From assembly GCA_037443035.1 (NCBI GenBank), contig JBBIPC010000003.1, positions 58,951 through 122,950 on the forward strand: 64,000 nt of DNA, read 5' to 3'. This DNA comes from Chthonomonadales bacterium (GTDB lineage Bacteria > Armatimonadota > Chthonomonadetes > Chthonomonadales > CAJBBX01). A program made the position numbers and the translations under genes. The notes under the pieces are model-generated. The model was given only the letters and a program-made list of their open reading frames with translations. It ran no database searches and was not told where the DNA came from. The first letter of the stretch is position 1, and each line of letters begins with the position of its first letter. Positions 40,388 through 51,364 of this stretch are shown piece by piece.

Positions 40388-42973
40388 ATGAGCCGGAAGC
40401 GTCGTCACACCTGCCTTTTCGCAGGTACCGTCCTCGTCGTTGGCACAGCTCTCCTGCTAGCCGGGTCGGCAGTCGCACAGACGGTTTCGCCGGATCTCGA
40501 GAGGCTCATGAGCGGTCTTCGCGGCTTCCACTATGGCCCGGACCGGTCGGCTCTGGACGCCGTGGCGCAGACTGTCCGAGAGGCAGTGCGCTCGCCGCAG
40601 CAGCGGCCACAAGTTGCACGGGCGCTCATGGATGTCGCCCTGTCTCCGGCTGCGGAAGAGGCCAGGCAGTTCGCGTGCAGGCAGCTTGTCTACATCGCGG
40701 GTCTGGAGCAGGTGCCGTCGCTTCTGAAACTCCTTCATGATGATGCGATGGCTCACTATGCCCTCATGGTGCTGGCCCGGATACCTGGTCGGGCTGTGGA
40801 CCACGCCATGCGCCAAGCGCTGGGCCATCTCGAGGGCAAGACACTCCTGGGCGCGGTGGACCTCCTGGGTGAGCGCCAAGACCCCGCTTCGGCTAGAGCT
40901 GTGGCCGTTTACGCACGCTCTGCGGATAACGCCCTTGCGGCGTGCGCGATGACGGCCCTGGCGCGTATCGGAACTTCTGAGGCGGACGTCTTGCTGCTCG
41001 CTGAGTACAGACGATCGCCTCCGGCACGTAAAGCGCTCTTCGCGGACGCGCTTCTGCTACGAGCAGATGCGTTGCGTCAGGCAGGCCGACGCGCGGATGC
41101 GGCCCGTTTCTATACAGCAGTGGATGCTGCCTCCCTACCGGAGACATATCGCGCCGCTGCGTGGCGTGGCAAGTTGCTCCTGCAGGGCGACGCGGGTGCG
41201 GACGCTCTGATTGCGGCCATGGCCGGTCCTGCGAGTCGGCGTCGCAGTGTGGCGGCATCCCTTGCTCGGACGCTGGGTACCGCCGTCACTACCCGCAAGC
41301 TCGCCGGTGCTCTTCCCCGATTGCAGCCCGACAGTGCTCGCCTGCTCCTCGACGCCCTAGCAGATCGCGGCGATCGCACGGCGGTGCCCGGCGTGCTTCG
41401 CATGCTGAAGTCACGGGATGAGCGAGTGCGGGCCAGTGCCATCCGCGCACTCGGGACCCTCGGTGGTGCGCAAGCCGTGGAACAGCTCCTCGCTGTAGCT
41501 GCGGATGCATCTGCTTCGCAGCGATCGCTAGCTGATCAGGCTTTGGCGGGTCTGCGGGGCAAGGGAGTCGATGCAATGCTAGCGCGAGCGCTGAGCAATC
41601 GGAAGGCAAGCATTCAGGCGGCCGCGCTGCGAGCACTCACCGCCCGGCGAGGCGACATGCCCATGGACAGAGTCTTGGCTCTCGCACGCTCCGGCCAGGG
41701 GGCGCTCTTCGCTGCAGCAGTGGAAGCACTGAGAGAACTCGGGCGCCCAACTGACCTCGAGCAGGTGCTACAGATGGTCCTACGTCGTCAAGAAGCGGAT
41801 CGTGACCGGCTCGGGGCTGCATGGCTGGCTATTGCTCGCCGGTGCCCACCAGAGAGAAGCTCTAGTCTTCTGGAGGAACAGCTTCGAAAGGCCGGGAGCC
41901 AACAGGAGCGGGTGGTGCTGCTGGAACTGGCGGGACAACTAGGTGGGGAACGGGCTCTTGCCCTGTTGATCAGTGCTGCTCGCGACCCTGACCCCGAAAT
42001 CCAGCTTACGGCGCTGCGAGCTTTGTCCGAATGGCCCGATGCTCGACCGATGGCAATCCTGCGCGAGACAGTGCGTGCGAAGCCATCTGGCCGTCTGCGG
42101 AGCATAGCCATGCGCGGCTACGTGCGCTCGCTGGGTCTTCCTGGCGGGCCAGACCCCATGCGTGCAGCCGACCTCTATCTGGAAGCTCTTGGCATGGCGG
42201 TGAATGCCGATGAGAAGCGCATGGTACTCGCCGGTATGGCCACAGTGGGCGACAGGCGCGTCTTGGAGACCGTCATGTCACTGACCGGAAGCAGCGATCT
42301 GCGGGCCGAGGCAGAACAGGCTGCATTTTCCATATGTCGGTTGACGGCCGGTGCGTGGCCAGACGAGACACGGAGCGCACTGCAGAAGCTTGCGGCAGAC
42401 GCCTCCCTTACCGAAGTGCGTCAGGGATCCCGTACTCTCCTGAACACGATGGACCGCTTCGGCGACTATGTCATGGCTTGGGAGGTATCTCCCGCATATT
42501 CCCAGGAGGGGGCTGACTTCTCTCGGCTCTTTGACGTGCCCTTCGCGCCCGAGGACCCCACGTTGGAGGCTGGAGCGGGCTGGCGCGTCATGCCTGTCGG
42601 CACGTCGGCGGAGCAGCCCTGGCTGCTGGACCTGCTTGCCTTGCATGGAGGCGAGCAGAGGGTGGCATACCTGCGTACCGCAGTCTGGAGCGATGCGGAG
42701 AAGGACTTGGTGGCCGAGATCGGCACTGACGATGGGGTCAAAGTGTGGTGGAACGGCGAGTATGTCTACGGCAACAATACGCAACGGGCGGTGGCTCCCA
42801 GCCAGGAGAAGGTGCGCGTGCACGCGCGCCAGGGCTGGAACCGCATGCTCCTGAAGGTGACCCAGAACATCATGGGTTGGGGAGCGTGCGTCCGCTTCGC
42901 AGCTACCGACGGATCGCCTGCCACCGGTCTGCGCTATTCCTTGCCATCGTCGCTGCCCAATGGAGAGCGGTAG
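40388..42973 (+). CDS. Secreted HEAT-repeat protein with a C-terminal beta-sandwich (PA14-like) domain
   Basis: Signal peptide; repeated Ala/Leu-rich helical HEAT units; C-terminal VAYLRT...GTDDGVKVWWNG...GWNRMLLKV. Confidence 0.75.
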   Translation: MSRKRRHTCLFAGTVLVVGTALLLAGSAVAQTVSPDLERLMSGLRGFHYGPDRSALDAVAQTVREAVRSPQQRPQVARALMDVALSPAAEEARQFACRQLVYIAGLEQVPSLLKLLHDDAMAHYALMVLARIPGRAVDHAMRQALGHLEGKTLLGAVDLLGERQDPASARAVAVYARSADNALAACAMTALARIGTSEADVLLLAEYRRSPPARKALFADALLLRADALRQAGRRADAARFYTAVDAASLPETYRAAAWRGKLLLQGDAGADALIAAMAGPASRRRSVAASLARTLGTAVTTRKLAGALPRLQPDSARLLLDALADRGDRTAVPGVLRMLKSRDERVRASAIRALGTLGGAQAVEQLLAVAADASASQRSLADQALAGLRGKGVDAMLARALSNRKASIQAAALRALTARRGDMPMDRVLALARSGQGALFAAAVEALRELGRPTDLEQVLQMVLRRQEADRDRLGAAWLAIARRCPPERSSSLLEEQLRKAGSQQERVVLLELAGQLGGERALALLISAARDPDPEIQLTALRALSEWPDARPMAILRETVRAKPSGRLRSIAMRGYVRSLGLPGGPDPMRAADLYLEALGMAVNADEKRMVLAGMATVGDRRVLETVMSLTGSSDLRAEAEQAAFSICRLTAGAWPDETRSALQKLAADASLTEVRQGSRTLLNTMDRFGDYVMAWEVSPAYSQEGADFSRLFDVPFAPEDPTLEAGAGWRVMPVGTSAEQPWLLDLLALHGGEQRVAYLRTAVWSDAEKDLVAEIGTDDGVKVWWNGEYVYGNNTQRAVAPSQEKVRVHARQGWNRMLLKVTQNIMGWGACVRFAATDGSPATGLRYSLPSSLPNGER

Positions 42974-42983
42974 TTGCGAGCGA

Positions 42984-43382
42984 CTACTTCTTCCGTTTCT
43001 GGAAGTTCAGGCTGACGGAGTTGATGCAGTACCGCTTGCCGGTAGGTTCCGGGCCGTCGTCGAAAATGTGGCCGAGGTGGCCACCGCACCGGCCGCAAAG
43101 CACTTCGATCCGATGCATGCCGTGACTGTGGTCGTCGCGGAACTCGATTCGGGCGGAGTCGATGGCACGCCAGAAGCTTGGCCAGCCGCAGCCAGCATCG
43201 AACTTCGTTTCGGAGCTGAACAGCTCCTGGCCACATCCAGCGCAGCAGTAGATGCCGTCGTCGCGCTTGTTCCAGTAGGCGCCTGTGAATGGTGCTTCCG
43301 TGCCCTTCTGCCGCAAGACACGGTACTGTTCGGGGGTCAGCATCGCCCGCCATTCGGCATCAGTTCTCACGAGTTTCTCCAT
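42984..43382 (-). CDS. msrB: Peptide-methionine (R)-S-oxide reductase
   Basis: [47 protein letters not shown]. Confidence 0.95.
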   Translation of the reverse strand: MEKLVRTDAEWRAMLTPEQYRVLRQKGTEAPFTGAYWNKRDDGIYCCAGCGQELFSSETKFDAGCGWPSFWRAIDSARIEFRDDHSHGMHRIEVLCGRCGGHLGHIFDDGPEPTGKRYCINSVSLNFQKRKK

Positions 43383-43675
43383 CTTAGTTCGTCCTCTGTC
43401 GAGACGTCTGGATGCGCCTGTCGCGCGCCCCGGCCCAGCTGCGTAGAACCAGACACCAAGGAAGAGCGGGCCAACCATCCATAAGCAGTTCGCGTTCCGC
43501 CTCACAGGGCTTTCTACGACGGCGCCGCGTCCGCTGTTCCGACACGAATCCAGGCTGCACACCGACACAGTTGGTAACAGGGACCTTGCTGAATTAGGTC
43601 GTATATTATGGTTTGACGGCGTGCCGCAGGGCTGCCGAGCTTCACAGAACCGAATGCAGGGTGAGGAGACCGCTG

Positions 43676-46003
43676 ATGGCGCCAAACGCCCTCACGGCGT
43701 TACTATGGTTAGTCGCAGCTGCTGCTATGGCCTTGGCTGTATCCCTGTGGATGCAGAAGGAGATGCCCGCGCGACGTCTGCTCGCGGCCCTGAGCGTCGC
43801 CATGGCCGTTTGGTGTTTCGGCTATGGCGCCGAGCTTGGATCCGACACGCTGGCGCAGATGGAGTTCTGGACCGCCGTCCAGTACCCGGGTATCGTCGCG
43901 ATCCCACCTCTATGGCTTCTCGCAACGCTGCGCTACACGCGCACCCGACGCCTTGCCAACCCTTGGAAAGTGGTCCCCGTCTTCGTCGTATCCGTCTTGG
44001 TATTGGTTGCGGAGTGGACGAATCGCTGGCATCATCTGTACTACGCGGCCACGTCCGCAGTACGGGAAGGCGACTATTACCTTCAACTCCTGGTCCCAGG
44101 CCCTCTCTACTTTGTCTGGCTGGTATACGCTTGGGGTGTCGTCATGCTTGGCATCGCCGTCCTGGTTCGGCACCTCATCGTGGCGCGGCGGGCCTTCGCA
44201 ACGAATCTGGTTCTCCTGATCGTCTCGGGCTTGGTGCCTCTCCTTGTGGCGATTGCGCGAGCCATGGGTGGCTCGATCTTCGGCGTTCTCGACCCCACAC
44301 CGTTCGCCTTTGCACCCACCGTTGCGCTCCTCGCGGTGTTGTTGTCGCGGCGCCGCATGTTGTTCCTCCGTCCTATCGCCCGCGACATGGTCCTCGACAG
44401 CCTCGAGCATGGCCTCATGGTGGTAACCGCCGAGGGAATCATCACCGACAATAATCACGCGATGGGACGGATTGTGGGTAGGTCGGAAGACTTGGCCGGC
44501 ACGAGTGTAGTAGATCTTTTCGCAAGCGCACCTCAACTCGTGAAGGCATTCGAAACGGAGCAGCCGACCAGCCTGGAGGTGACTCTCGATCTACAGGGCG
44601 AGCCGCATATCTACCACGTTTCGATCATGGCCCACCGGAACGAGAGCTACGAACTCATCGGCAGAACGGCCATGTTCCGCGATGTCACCGAGCAACGAAA
44701 GGCCGAGGAGGCGATCCGCCAGCGGGACCGCCTCCTTACCGCCGAGGCGTTTGCGGCCCAACGACTGCTCACGGGCAGGGATATTCATATGGCCGTCAAC
44801 GAGGCCATCACTGCCATTGGCCAGGCGACGGACGTGGACCGCGTCTACGTGTTCCGAAATCACACAGCGGACGACGGGGCGGTCGAACTCAGCCAACTCT
44901 ACGAGTGGGTCCGGGGAGGTGTGAGCCAGCAGATAGACAACCCGGAGCTCCAGAACCTTCCGTACTCTCGTGGCTACAGCCGGTGGTACGACCTGCTAAG
45001 CCGCGGTGAGCCAGTCATGGGGCCCGTGGAGGAGTTCCCGCCCGAAGAGCAGCCACTTCTCTTGGAGCAGGACATCGTCACCCTCCTCGTCGTTCCCATC
45101 CAAGTGTTCGGTACCTTCTGGGGTTTCATGGGCTTCGACGAGTGCCACCGACACAGGGATTGGACCGCACCGGAGATTGCCGTGCTCCGATCCACAGCCA
45201 GCGCCATTGGCTCTGCCATCGTACGCCACGAAACGGCCGAGGAGCTTCGTACGCTCAATGCGAACCTCAACCGGCTTGTGGAGGAGAAGACACGCGCTCT
45301 TTCCAATGCCTACCAGGAACTGGTGGAGTTCACAGACTCGGTGGCCCATGAGCTTCAGGGCGACTTGCAGGTTGCGCGGGAGTTCTCACGCGAACTGGGA
45401 GAGTTTCGCTGCGCAGCACTGGATGAGGAGAGCCGATCCTGTGTCGAGCACATTCGCAAAGCCGTGAGCAGTCTCGAGGAGAAACTGAAGGCAATGCGCC
45501 GCCTCCACCTGGCCACGAGCAGCGAGCTCTTGTGTGTTCCGACGGACTTGAGCAGCATCGCGCGGCGTGTGGCAATGGACAAGCAAGCTGGTCACCAGAG
45601 GCGTGTCGTCCGCTGGTCCGTCCAACCGGGACTCAAAGCCACTGCAGACCCCCGCAAGATAGAGACGCTGTTCTCTGAGCTACTGGATAACGCCTGGAAG
45701 TTCACGCAACCGCGCGACCCCGCCGTCATAGAGGTCGGCCGCGAGCTGACTTCCGACGGCGAGGCGTTCTATGTGCGCGATAATGGTGTGGGATACGATC
45801 CGCTCCTGAGCGACCGATTGTTCCGCGTCTTCTCCCGGCTGCACCCGCCCGAGGCGTTCCCCGGAAGAGGGGTCGGCCTCGCCATTGTGGCGCGGATCGT
45901 CGAGCGGCATGGGGGACGCGTCTGGGCCGTTGGCCAACCCGACCAGGGCTGCACCATCTACTTCACACTGCCTTCCGCGCCAACAGCATCCCGCGCTGCC
46001 TGA
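43676..46003 (+). CDS. Sensor histidine kinase (HisKA_7TM, PAS, GAF, HisKA, HATPase_c)
   Basis: 7TM N-terminus, PAS ending RDVTE, GAF ([16 protein letters not shown]), H-box SVAHEL, NAWKF, VRDNGVG, GVGLAIV. Confidence 0.88.
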   Translation: MAPNALTALLWLVAAAAMALAVSLWMQKEMPARRLLAALSVAMAVWCFGYGAELGSDTLAQMEFWTAVQYPGIVAIPPLWLLATLRYTRTRRLANPWKVVPVFVVSVLVLVAEWTNRWHHLYYAATSAVREGDYYLQLLVPGPLYFVWLVYAWGVVMLGIAVLVRHLIVARRAFATNLVLLIVSGLVPLLVAIARAMGGSIFGVLDPTPFAFAPTVALLAVLLSRRRMLFLRPIARDMVLDSLEHGLMVVTAEGIITDNNHAMGRIVGRSEDLAGTSVVDLFASAPQLVKAFETEQPTSLEVTLDLQGEPHIYHVSIMAHRNESYELIGRTAMFRDVTEQRKAEEAIRQRDRLLTAEAFAAQRLLTGRDIHMAVNEAITAIGQATDVDRVYVFRNHTADDGAVELSQLYEWVRGGVSQQIDNPELQNLPYSRGYSRWYDLLSRGEPVMGPVEEFPPEEQPLLLEQDIVTLLVVPIQVFGTFWGFMGFDECHRHRDWTAPEIAVLRSTASAIGSAIVRHETAEELRTLNANLNRLVEEKTRALSNAYQELVEFTDSVAHELQGDLQVAREFSRELGEFRCAALDEESRSCVEHIRKAVSSLEEKLKAMRRLHLATSSELLCVPTDLSSIARRVAMDKQAGHQRRVVRWSVQPGLKATADPRKIETLFSELLDNAWKFTQPRDPAVIEVGRELTSDGEAFYVRDNGVGYDPLLSDRLFRVFSRLHPPEAFPGRGVGLAIVARIVERHGGRVWAVGQPDQGCTIYFTLPSAPTASRAA

Positions 46004-46259
46004 CGACTGGCGCCTGCCCTGGTCAGGCCGCTCAGAGCACCCGCCAACCCGCAACGTTTGCCACATGCCCTGGAACCGGGGCGACATCTGGCTCGCTTCG
46101 GTTCGACGGGACGCAGGTGGAGCGGACGTCCAACAACCCCTTCCTCCCGTGAAGAGCAGCTTCGTGCTGATTCGCTGCTTCGAGGGCAGGAGTTCGGCCG
46201 CACACCACTGAAAGACCTAGCACAGTCTGGCACTGGCCTGAAGATGATGGAGGACTCTC

Positions 46260-47288
46260 ATGCGCCTGAACCGTTACGCCGGCAATCCGGTGCTCGCTCC
46301 CGTTCCAGGTAGCGACTGGGAAGGGCTTGTGACATGCAACCCGGGAGCCTGGTACGAGCCTGAGGAAGGCCGCGTGTATCTGCTCTACCGGGCCGCAGGA
46401 GACGACCCTGCACATAGGATCCATCTTGGCCTCGCAGTCAGCACGGACGGCGTACGCTTCGAACGTGTTTCCGATCGGCCGGTCCTGTCGCCTAGCGGGG
46501 ACAACTGGGACGCGGGATGCATCGAAGATCCACGCATCGTGAAGATGGACGATTGGTACATCGTGACGTACGCTTCGAGACCATTTCCTCCCGGCCAGTA
46601 TTGGAAACCCGAAAACGCGGGTCCCTGGAAGCCGGCTCATCCCTCGGAACACTTCCCCTGGATTCTCCGCGAAAACGCGACCTCGACAGGGCTCGCGTTC
46701 ACACGGGATTTCCGCACATGGATCCGCGCTGGGCGCATGACGAATCCGACCGTGGACGACCGTGATGTCATCCTGTTCCCGCAGAAGATCAAGGGCCGGT
46801 ACGCCATGCTGCACCGGCCCATGGGTTGGGTGGGTCCACAGTACGGCACCGAGTACCCTGCCATCTGGATCGCGTTCTCGGACGATCTCCTGCACTGGAC
46901 CGACTCGAGACTGCTGGCACGCGCAGAGTTGGCTTGGGAGAACAACAAGATCGGAGGCAATACACCCCCTGTCTGGACCCCAGAAGGTTGGCTAGTCATC
47001 TACCATGCTGTCGGCTCCGACATGCACTACCGCCTGGGCGCCATGATCCTGGACGCCGATGATCCGACGCTCATCAAGGGGCGCGGCTGCCGATGGATTC
47101 TGCAGCCGGAGGAGTGGTACGAGATCGAAGGGTACTTCCGTGGCTGCGTGTTTCCATGTGGGAACGTGGTTATCGGCGACACGCTCTACCTCTACTACGG
47201 CGGGGCCGACAAGTACGTGGGAGTGGCAACATGCAACCTGGACGAGCTAGTCCAGTATGTCCTCCAGTGCGGGGACAGACCTGACTAG
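46260..47288 (+). CDS. GH130 family beta-mannoside phosphorylase/glycosidase
   Basis: NPVLAP, CNPGA, LLYRA, IEDPRI, DRDVILFP, MLHRP, KIGG, VFPCG, YYGGAD. Confidence 0.88.
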   Translation: MRLNRYAGNPVLAPVPGSDWEGLVTCNPGAWYEPEEGRVYLLYRAAGDDPAHRIHLGLAVSTDGVRFERVSDRPVLSPSGDNWDAGCIEDPRIVKMDDWYIVTYASRPFPPGQYWKPENAGPWKPAHPSEHFPWILRENATSTGLAFTRDFRTWIRAGRMTNPTVDDRDVILFPQKIKGRYAMLHRPMGWVGPQYGTEYPAIWIAFSDDLLHWTDSRLLARAELAWENNKIGGNTPPVWTPEGWLVIYHAVGSDMHYRLGAMILDADDPTLIKGRGCRWILQPEEWYEIEGYFRGCVFPCGNVVIGDTLYLYYGGADKYVGVATCNLDELVQYVLQCGDRPD

Positions 47289-47307
47289 GCGCGACACCCC
47301 TTGGTGG

Positions 47308-47970
47308 TCATTCCCGCTGGGCAACCGACTGCGATTGGTAGACGAAAAACGGATGCCCGGCGTGGTCGAAGCGACGGACGAGGCAGAAGATGCCGCTGCG
47401 CAGGATGTCGTCGTGACAGACCGGATTCTTATAGATGATGGTCAGCTCTCGCGGGGCTCGTCGGAGTGAAGCCTTCAAGTGCTCCATGACCGCCTGCATG
47501 ACAGGCGAGGGAAACGGGTTGTACATGTACACGTGCGTGAACGGGTCGTAGTCGTCAAAGAGCGTCGCATCACCATGGAGGAGCTCCACCCGATCCACAG
47601 CCGCTTTCCGCAGATTCTCGGCGGCCACGACAAGGAGCTGCTCCGACAAGTCAAGGCCAACGATCTTACCGAAAGGAAACTCCGCCATTGTGAGCAGAGC
47701 TCCTCCCTTCCCACAGCCAAGATCCAAGATGCAATGTCGGCCGTGTATGTTCAGTGCCTTCAGGACACGAGCGAGGTCGGGACCTCCGGAGCACGCATGA
47801 TTGTGGGCTCGATCCGGTCGGAGGCCAAGTTGCCGCAGAGGCACAGACGTCACGTCAATGCCAGCGCGCTTCCAGCGGCGACGGTGCGATGCGCCACCGA
47901 TGACTTCCCGCAACCAGTAGCGAACCGCTGCCCTACACCCGTTCCACGCCGACCATGCACGGGAAGACAT
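47308..47970 (-). CDS. Class I SAM-dependent methyltransferase
   Basis: LDLGCGKG, GLDLS, GDA, YMYNPF, IIYKNP. Confidence 0.85.
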   Translation of the reverse strand: MSSRAWSAWNGCRAAVRYWLREVIGGASHRRRWKRAGIDVTSVPLRQLGLRPDRAHNHACSGGPDLARVLKALNIHGRHCILDLGCGKGGALLTMAEFPFGKIVGLDLSEQLLVVAAENLRKAAVDRVELLHGDATLFDDYDPFTHVYMYNPFPSPVMQAVMEHLKASLRRAPRELTIIYKNPVCHDDILRSGIFCLVRRFDHAGHPFFVYQSQSVAQRE

Positions 47971-47977
47971 GCGTGGT

Positions 47978-48853
47978 CTACTTCAGGTACTTCTCGAACC
48001 AATCGGCCAGCACAGCAGCCTCGCTTTCGATTCCAGGCCAGCCGTGAGCCTTGCCCGACCTCACCTCGAGTTTGCACGGCACTTTCAACTCTTCCAGCTT
48101 CGCTATCAGGCGCTGGGACTGCTGGATCGGTACGAGCTGATCTGCATCGCCGTGGATGATGAGGGTAGGCGGCATGTGCTCGAGGTCGCCGTACATGGGT
48201 GAGAGCGAGCGTGCCAGTTTCTCCAGTTCGTCGGGAGGGGTCTTGTCCGTGATGCCGAACGCCGGCCAGAACACGCGAAGCATGGGAATGCTCAGAGCGG
48301 ACTGTCCGTCCTTACCGTAGTTCAAGAAATCCGTGGGTGGGAAGAGGCAGGCTATGGCCTGAACGCGGCTGGAGGCACGATCCACCGGATCTTTCGCGTC
48401 CTGTGGCCCGGGACCGCCGTACGCCCCCATCATCAAAGAGAGATGACCGCCTGCGCTGCCGCCGCAGATGCCGAGTTTGTCGGGGTTCACCCCCCACGTG
48501 GCAGCATTGGTTCGGATGAAACGCACGGCACGATGGATGTCCTCGATAATCTCCGGTAGCGTGAATTTGGGCTGGGAACCATGTACCACTTGAAACACGG
48601 TCATGCCGCGGGAAGTGAACGGTTCGGCTAGGGCGGGGTTGATGGCATCATGGTTGGAAACCCAGCCGCCGCTCACCATCCAGATCACACCGATACCGTT
48701 GGGCTTCTCCGGCTGGAACACGTCCATCGTGCAAGCCACGCCAAACTTGTGCCGATAGACGACATCGCGTATCCGCTTCTGCTCCGCTTGCACGCCTGCG
48801 GAGAGCACGAGGAGCGCGCCGAAGAGTATCCCTAGAAAGCGTCGTCTCGTCAT
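47978..48853 (-). CDS. Secreted alpha/beta hydrolase (carbohydrate esterase/lipase-like)
   Basis: Signal peptide, VSGGW, GGSAGGH nucleophile elbow, HGDADQLV, HGW. Confidence 0.85.
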   Translation of the reverse strand: MTRRRFLGILFGALLVLSAGVQAEQKRIRDVVYRHKFGVACTMDVFQPEKPNGIGVIWMVSGGWVSNHDAINPALAEPFTSRGMTVFQVVHGSQPKFTLPEIIEDIHRAVRFIRTNAATWGVNPDKLGICGGSAGGHLSLMMGAYGGPGPQDAKDPVDRASSRVQAIACLFPPTDFLNYGKDGQSALSIPMLRVFWPAFGITDKTPPDELEKLARSLSPMYGDLEHMPPTLIIHGDADQLVPIQQSQRLIAKLEELKVPCKLEVRSGKAHGWPGIESEAAVLADWFEKYLK

Positions 48854-49060
48854 GATGAACCTCCCTGAAGCCTATGGATCGTCGTTACCTTCGACGCAAG
48901 CCAGGATGTCTCCTACCAACAAGAAATGCCGCCTAGTATCGTCTGTGGTTGTAGGAGTTGCGTGGGAACGTCACGAAGGTCTTGTGCATTACGTATCGAG
49001 TCGCCGCGCATTACCGGATGTTGCGCAACGGTTGTCATCTGAGCTCGAGGAGCATAGGGC

Positions 49061-51313
49061 ATGTCCGATTCACCAAACGAGCACTTACCCCTTTCGCCAG
49101 AGGCTGAGAAGCTCTGCACCACGGCCCTTTACAAGGCCCCACACGGCTCCGATCCAAACACGCTCCAGTGGGTACTCGCCATCGCCGAGCTTTTTCCTGA
49201 CTCGCTTGCGCCATTCGTCCCCAAGGCGCAGGTTCCCAGCCTGCGGCAGAGCATCCGTGAGAGCCTCAAACATGCTGAGGGAGGACCTCTGCTGACGAAA
49301 TTGGATGTCGTCGTTGCTGCGAGTGCTCTTGCTGCCGAAGAGGGAGCCAAGGAACTCAGCGTGGCGCACATGAGCAAGGCGATCGTAGAGAAAGCACAGC
49401 CCCTGCTCGAGGAGCTGGTGTCCAAAGAGGAATCCTCGCACCCAGAAACACTGGACCTGGACACGGACGACGAGGAGGAGCCAAGTGCAGAAGGTCTACG
49501 ACCTTTCAGTCCAGCAGAAGTCTTCGCTCCGTCCCCGGAAGTCGTAATCCGCCGGAGCGAGAGGCCCTCGTCCTCTCGGCGTGCCCCGCGAGCCAGTGCG
49601 AAGCATCCGATGCTGGACCGGTTCGCCGTGGATCTCACCCAAGCGGCCAAGGATGGCAAGCTTACGCCGGTCGTGGGCAGGGAGACCGAAATTGGTCTCG
49701 TCCTCGAGACGCTCTGCAAGACTACGAAACGGAATCCTGCACTGGTGGGCCAGGCAGGCGTTGGCAAGACGGCCATTGCCGAGGGCGTTGCTATGCGCAT
49801 TGCCGCAGGCGACTGCCCCGAGATGCTGCGGAACGCACGTATCTACCTCCTCCAAGCGGCCTCCCTTGTAGTTGGGATTCAGAACCCGGCCGAATATGCT
49901 GAACGCGTGCAGCAGCTCATCAAGGAAGCGTCAGACCCTGATGTGATCCTGTTCGTGGACGAATTTCACTCCGTGCTCGAGAGAGGCATGGCTTTCGAAC
50001 AGGACCTTGTCACGCTGCTGAAACCTGCGCTGGCCCGAGGAGAGATCGCGTGCATCGCCGCAACGACGGACGATGAGTACCGAAGGATCGTGGAATCGGA
50101 CAGAGCACTGGCCCGGCGATTTCAAGCCATTCGTATCGGGGAAATGAGCCACAACCAGACGCTGCAGGTTCTGCGCACACATGGCGAACGCATCGGGGTG
50201 GAACGCAAGGTTGCCATTCCCGAGGAGGTTCTGGTTCGCGCCCTGGACTTGGCCGGTGACCGGATGCCGAACCGCCGGTTTCCTGACAAGGCCGTGGACG
50301 TCCTCGAGCAGGCCGTCGCCCACGCCGTCATCCGAGGCCGGGATCGCGTGGATGTTAGCGATGTAGCCGATGTCGTGGAACGGTTGACCGGCGCACCGGC
50401 CGATACAGCCGCATCCTTGGACGCTCTCGCGATGGCTCTGCGGGAGGAGCGGCTTCTCAGCCCAGATGAGGTGGAGGCGCTCATCGCGAAGCTGACCGTA
50501 GCCATGGAGGGACTGGACATCTGGCCGGAACGTCCGAACGCCGTCATCATGCTCTATGGCCCCGCCAGTGCGCTCGCAGATCGGATGAGCGCCGTGCTCG
50601 CTCGTCACCTGGCCGGCTCCGAGGACAGGGTGGTGGATATGGACTTCTCCTTCATGACGCATCCCGGCGACCTCAGCCGGCTTGTCGGAGCTGGACCCTC
50701 CTACATCGGCTACGGCGAGGAGCTGCCGATCCACGCTCTCATTCAGTACCCCTGGAGTGTCTTCCTTTGCCGCAACGTGGACCTCTGCTATCCGTCCATC
50801 CTGACTGCTCTTATCAACGCTCTCCGGCGAGGCGCGATCGTGGACGGCATGGGTAGGTCCATCCGGCTCTGCGACTGCGTAGTGCTCGTTACCGTGGGCG
50901 ACGAAAGGAGCCGTAGCCGGAGTGCTCCCATCGGGTTCGTGCCACGGGCTCCTGCGGACGACGCAGAGACTCCTATACCCGACACCGTCCGACCCGAGCT
51001 GCAGGAGCTATGCACCATCATCGTATCGAGACTCGCAGAATCGTCAACGATATCCGAGAGCTTCATCATGGAACGACTTCTGCCCGACCTAGCCAAGCGC
51101 TACAGGGCACGTGGTCTCGAGGTGGAATTCGACAACAGCGTCGCAGCATGGGCTGCGGCGCGTTTCAAGAGCGAGCAAAACGAGCACATTCTTGGCGACA
51201 AGCTAGCGGCCGCCATCGGGCGGATCCTGAGACCTTACCTGCCCCGATCGGGCACAGTACATGTCCGGGTCGAGGCCGTGAATTCCGATCTCCGAGTCGA
51301 AGCCGTGCGCTAA
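49061..51313 (+). CDS. Atypical ClpA/ClpC-like AAA+ protein (intact D1, degenerate D2)
   Basis: Clp_N-like N-terminus; D1 has VVGRETE, GQAGVGKT, FVDEFH, LKPALARG, ALARRFQ, PDKAVD; D2 keeps LVG..PSYIGY and PIGF but lacks Walker A and B. Confidence 0.85.
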   Translation: MSDSPNEHLPLSPEAEKLCTTALYKAPHGSDPNTLQWVLAIAELFPDSLAPFVPKAQVPSLRQSIRESLKHAEGGPLLTKLDVVVAASALAAEEGAKELSVAHMSKAIVEKAQPLLEELVSKEESSHPETLDLDTDDEEEPSAEGLRPFSPAEVFAPSPEVVIRRSERPSSSRRAPRASAKHPMLDRFAVDLTQAAKDGKLTPVVGRETEIGLVLETLCKTTKRNPALVGQAGVGKTAIAEGVAMRIAAGDCPEMLRNARIYLLQAASLVVGIQNPAEYAERVQQLIKEASDPDVILFVDEFHSVLERGMAFEQDLVTLLKPALARGEIACIAATTDDEYRRIVESDRALARRFQAIRIGEMSHNQTLQVLRTHGERIGVERKVAIPEEVLVRALDLAGDRMPNRRFPDKAVDVLEQAVAHAVIRGRDRVDVSDVADVVERLTGAPADTAASLDALAMALREERLLSPDEVEALIAKLTVAMEGLDIWPERPNAVIMLYGPASALADRMSAVLARHLAGSEDRVVDMDFSFMTHPGDLSRLVGAGPSYIGYGEELPIHALIQYPWSVFLCRNVDLCYPSILTALINALRRGAIVDGMGRSIRLCDCVVLVTVGDERSRSRSAPIGFVPRAPADDAETPIPDTVRPELQELCTIIVSRLAESSTISESFIMERLLPDLAKRYRARGLEVEFDNSVAAWAAARFKSEQNEHILGDKLAAAIGRILRPYLPRSGTVHVRVEAVNSDLRVEAVR

Positions 51314-51364
51314 CACAGCCCATGGCCCAGATGGGCCAATTCCAACACCACGGAGGTGCACAGT

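Noticed and set aside
42984..43382. Selenocysteine-type MsrB
   Set aside because: The catalytic position is a plain Cys codon (RYCINS) and there is no in-frame TGA
48854..49060. Heat-shock operator (CIRCE or CtsR) before the Clp-like gene
   Set aside because: No match found; only a short GTTGCGCAAC palindrome of uncertain meaning
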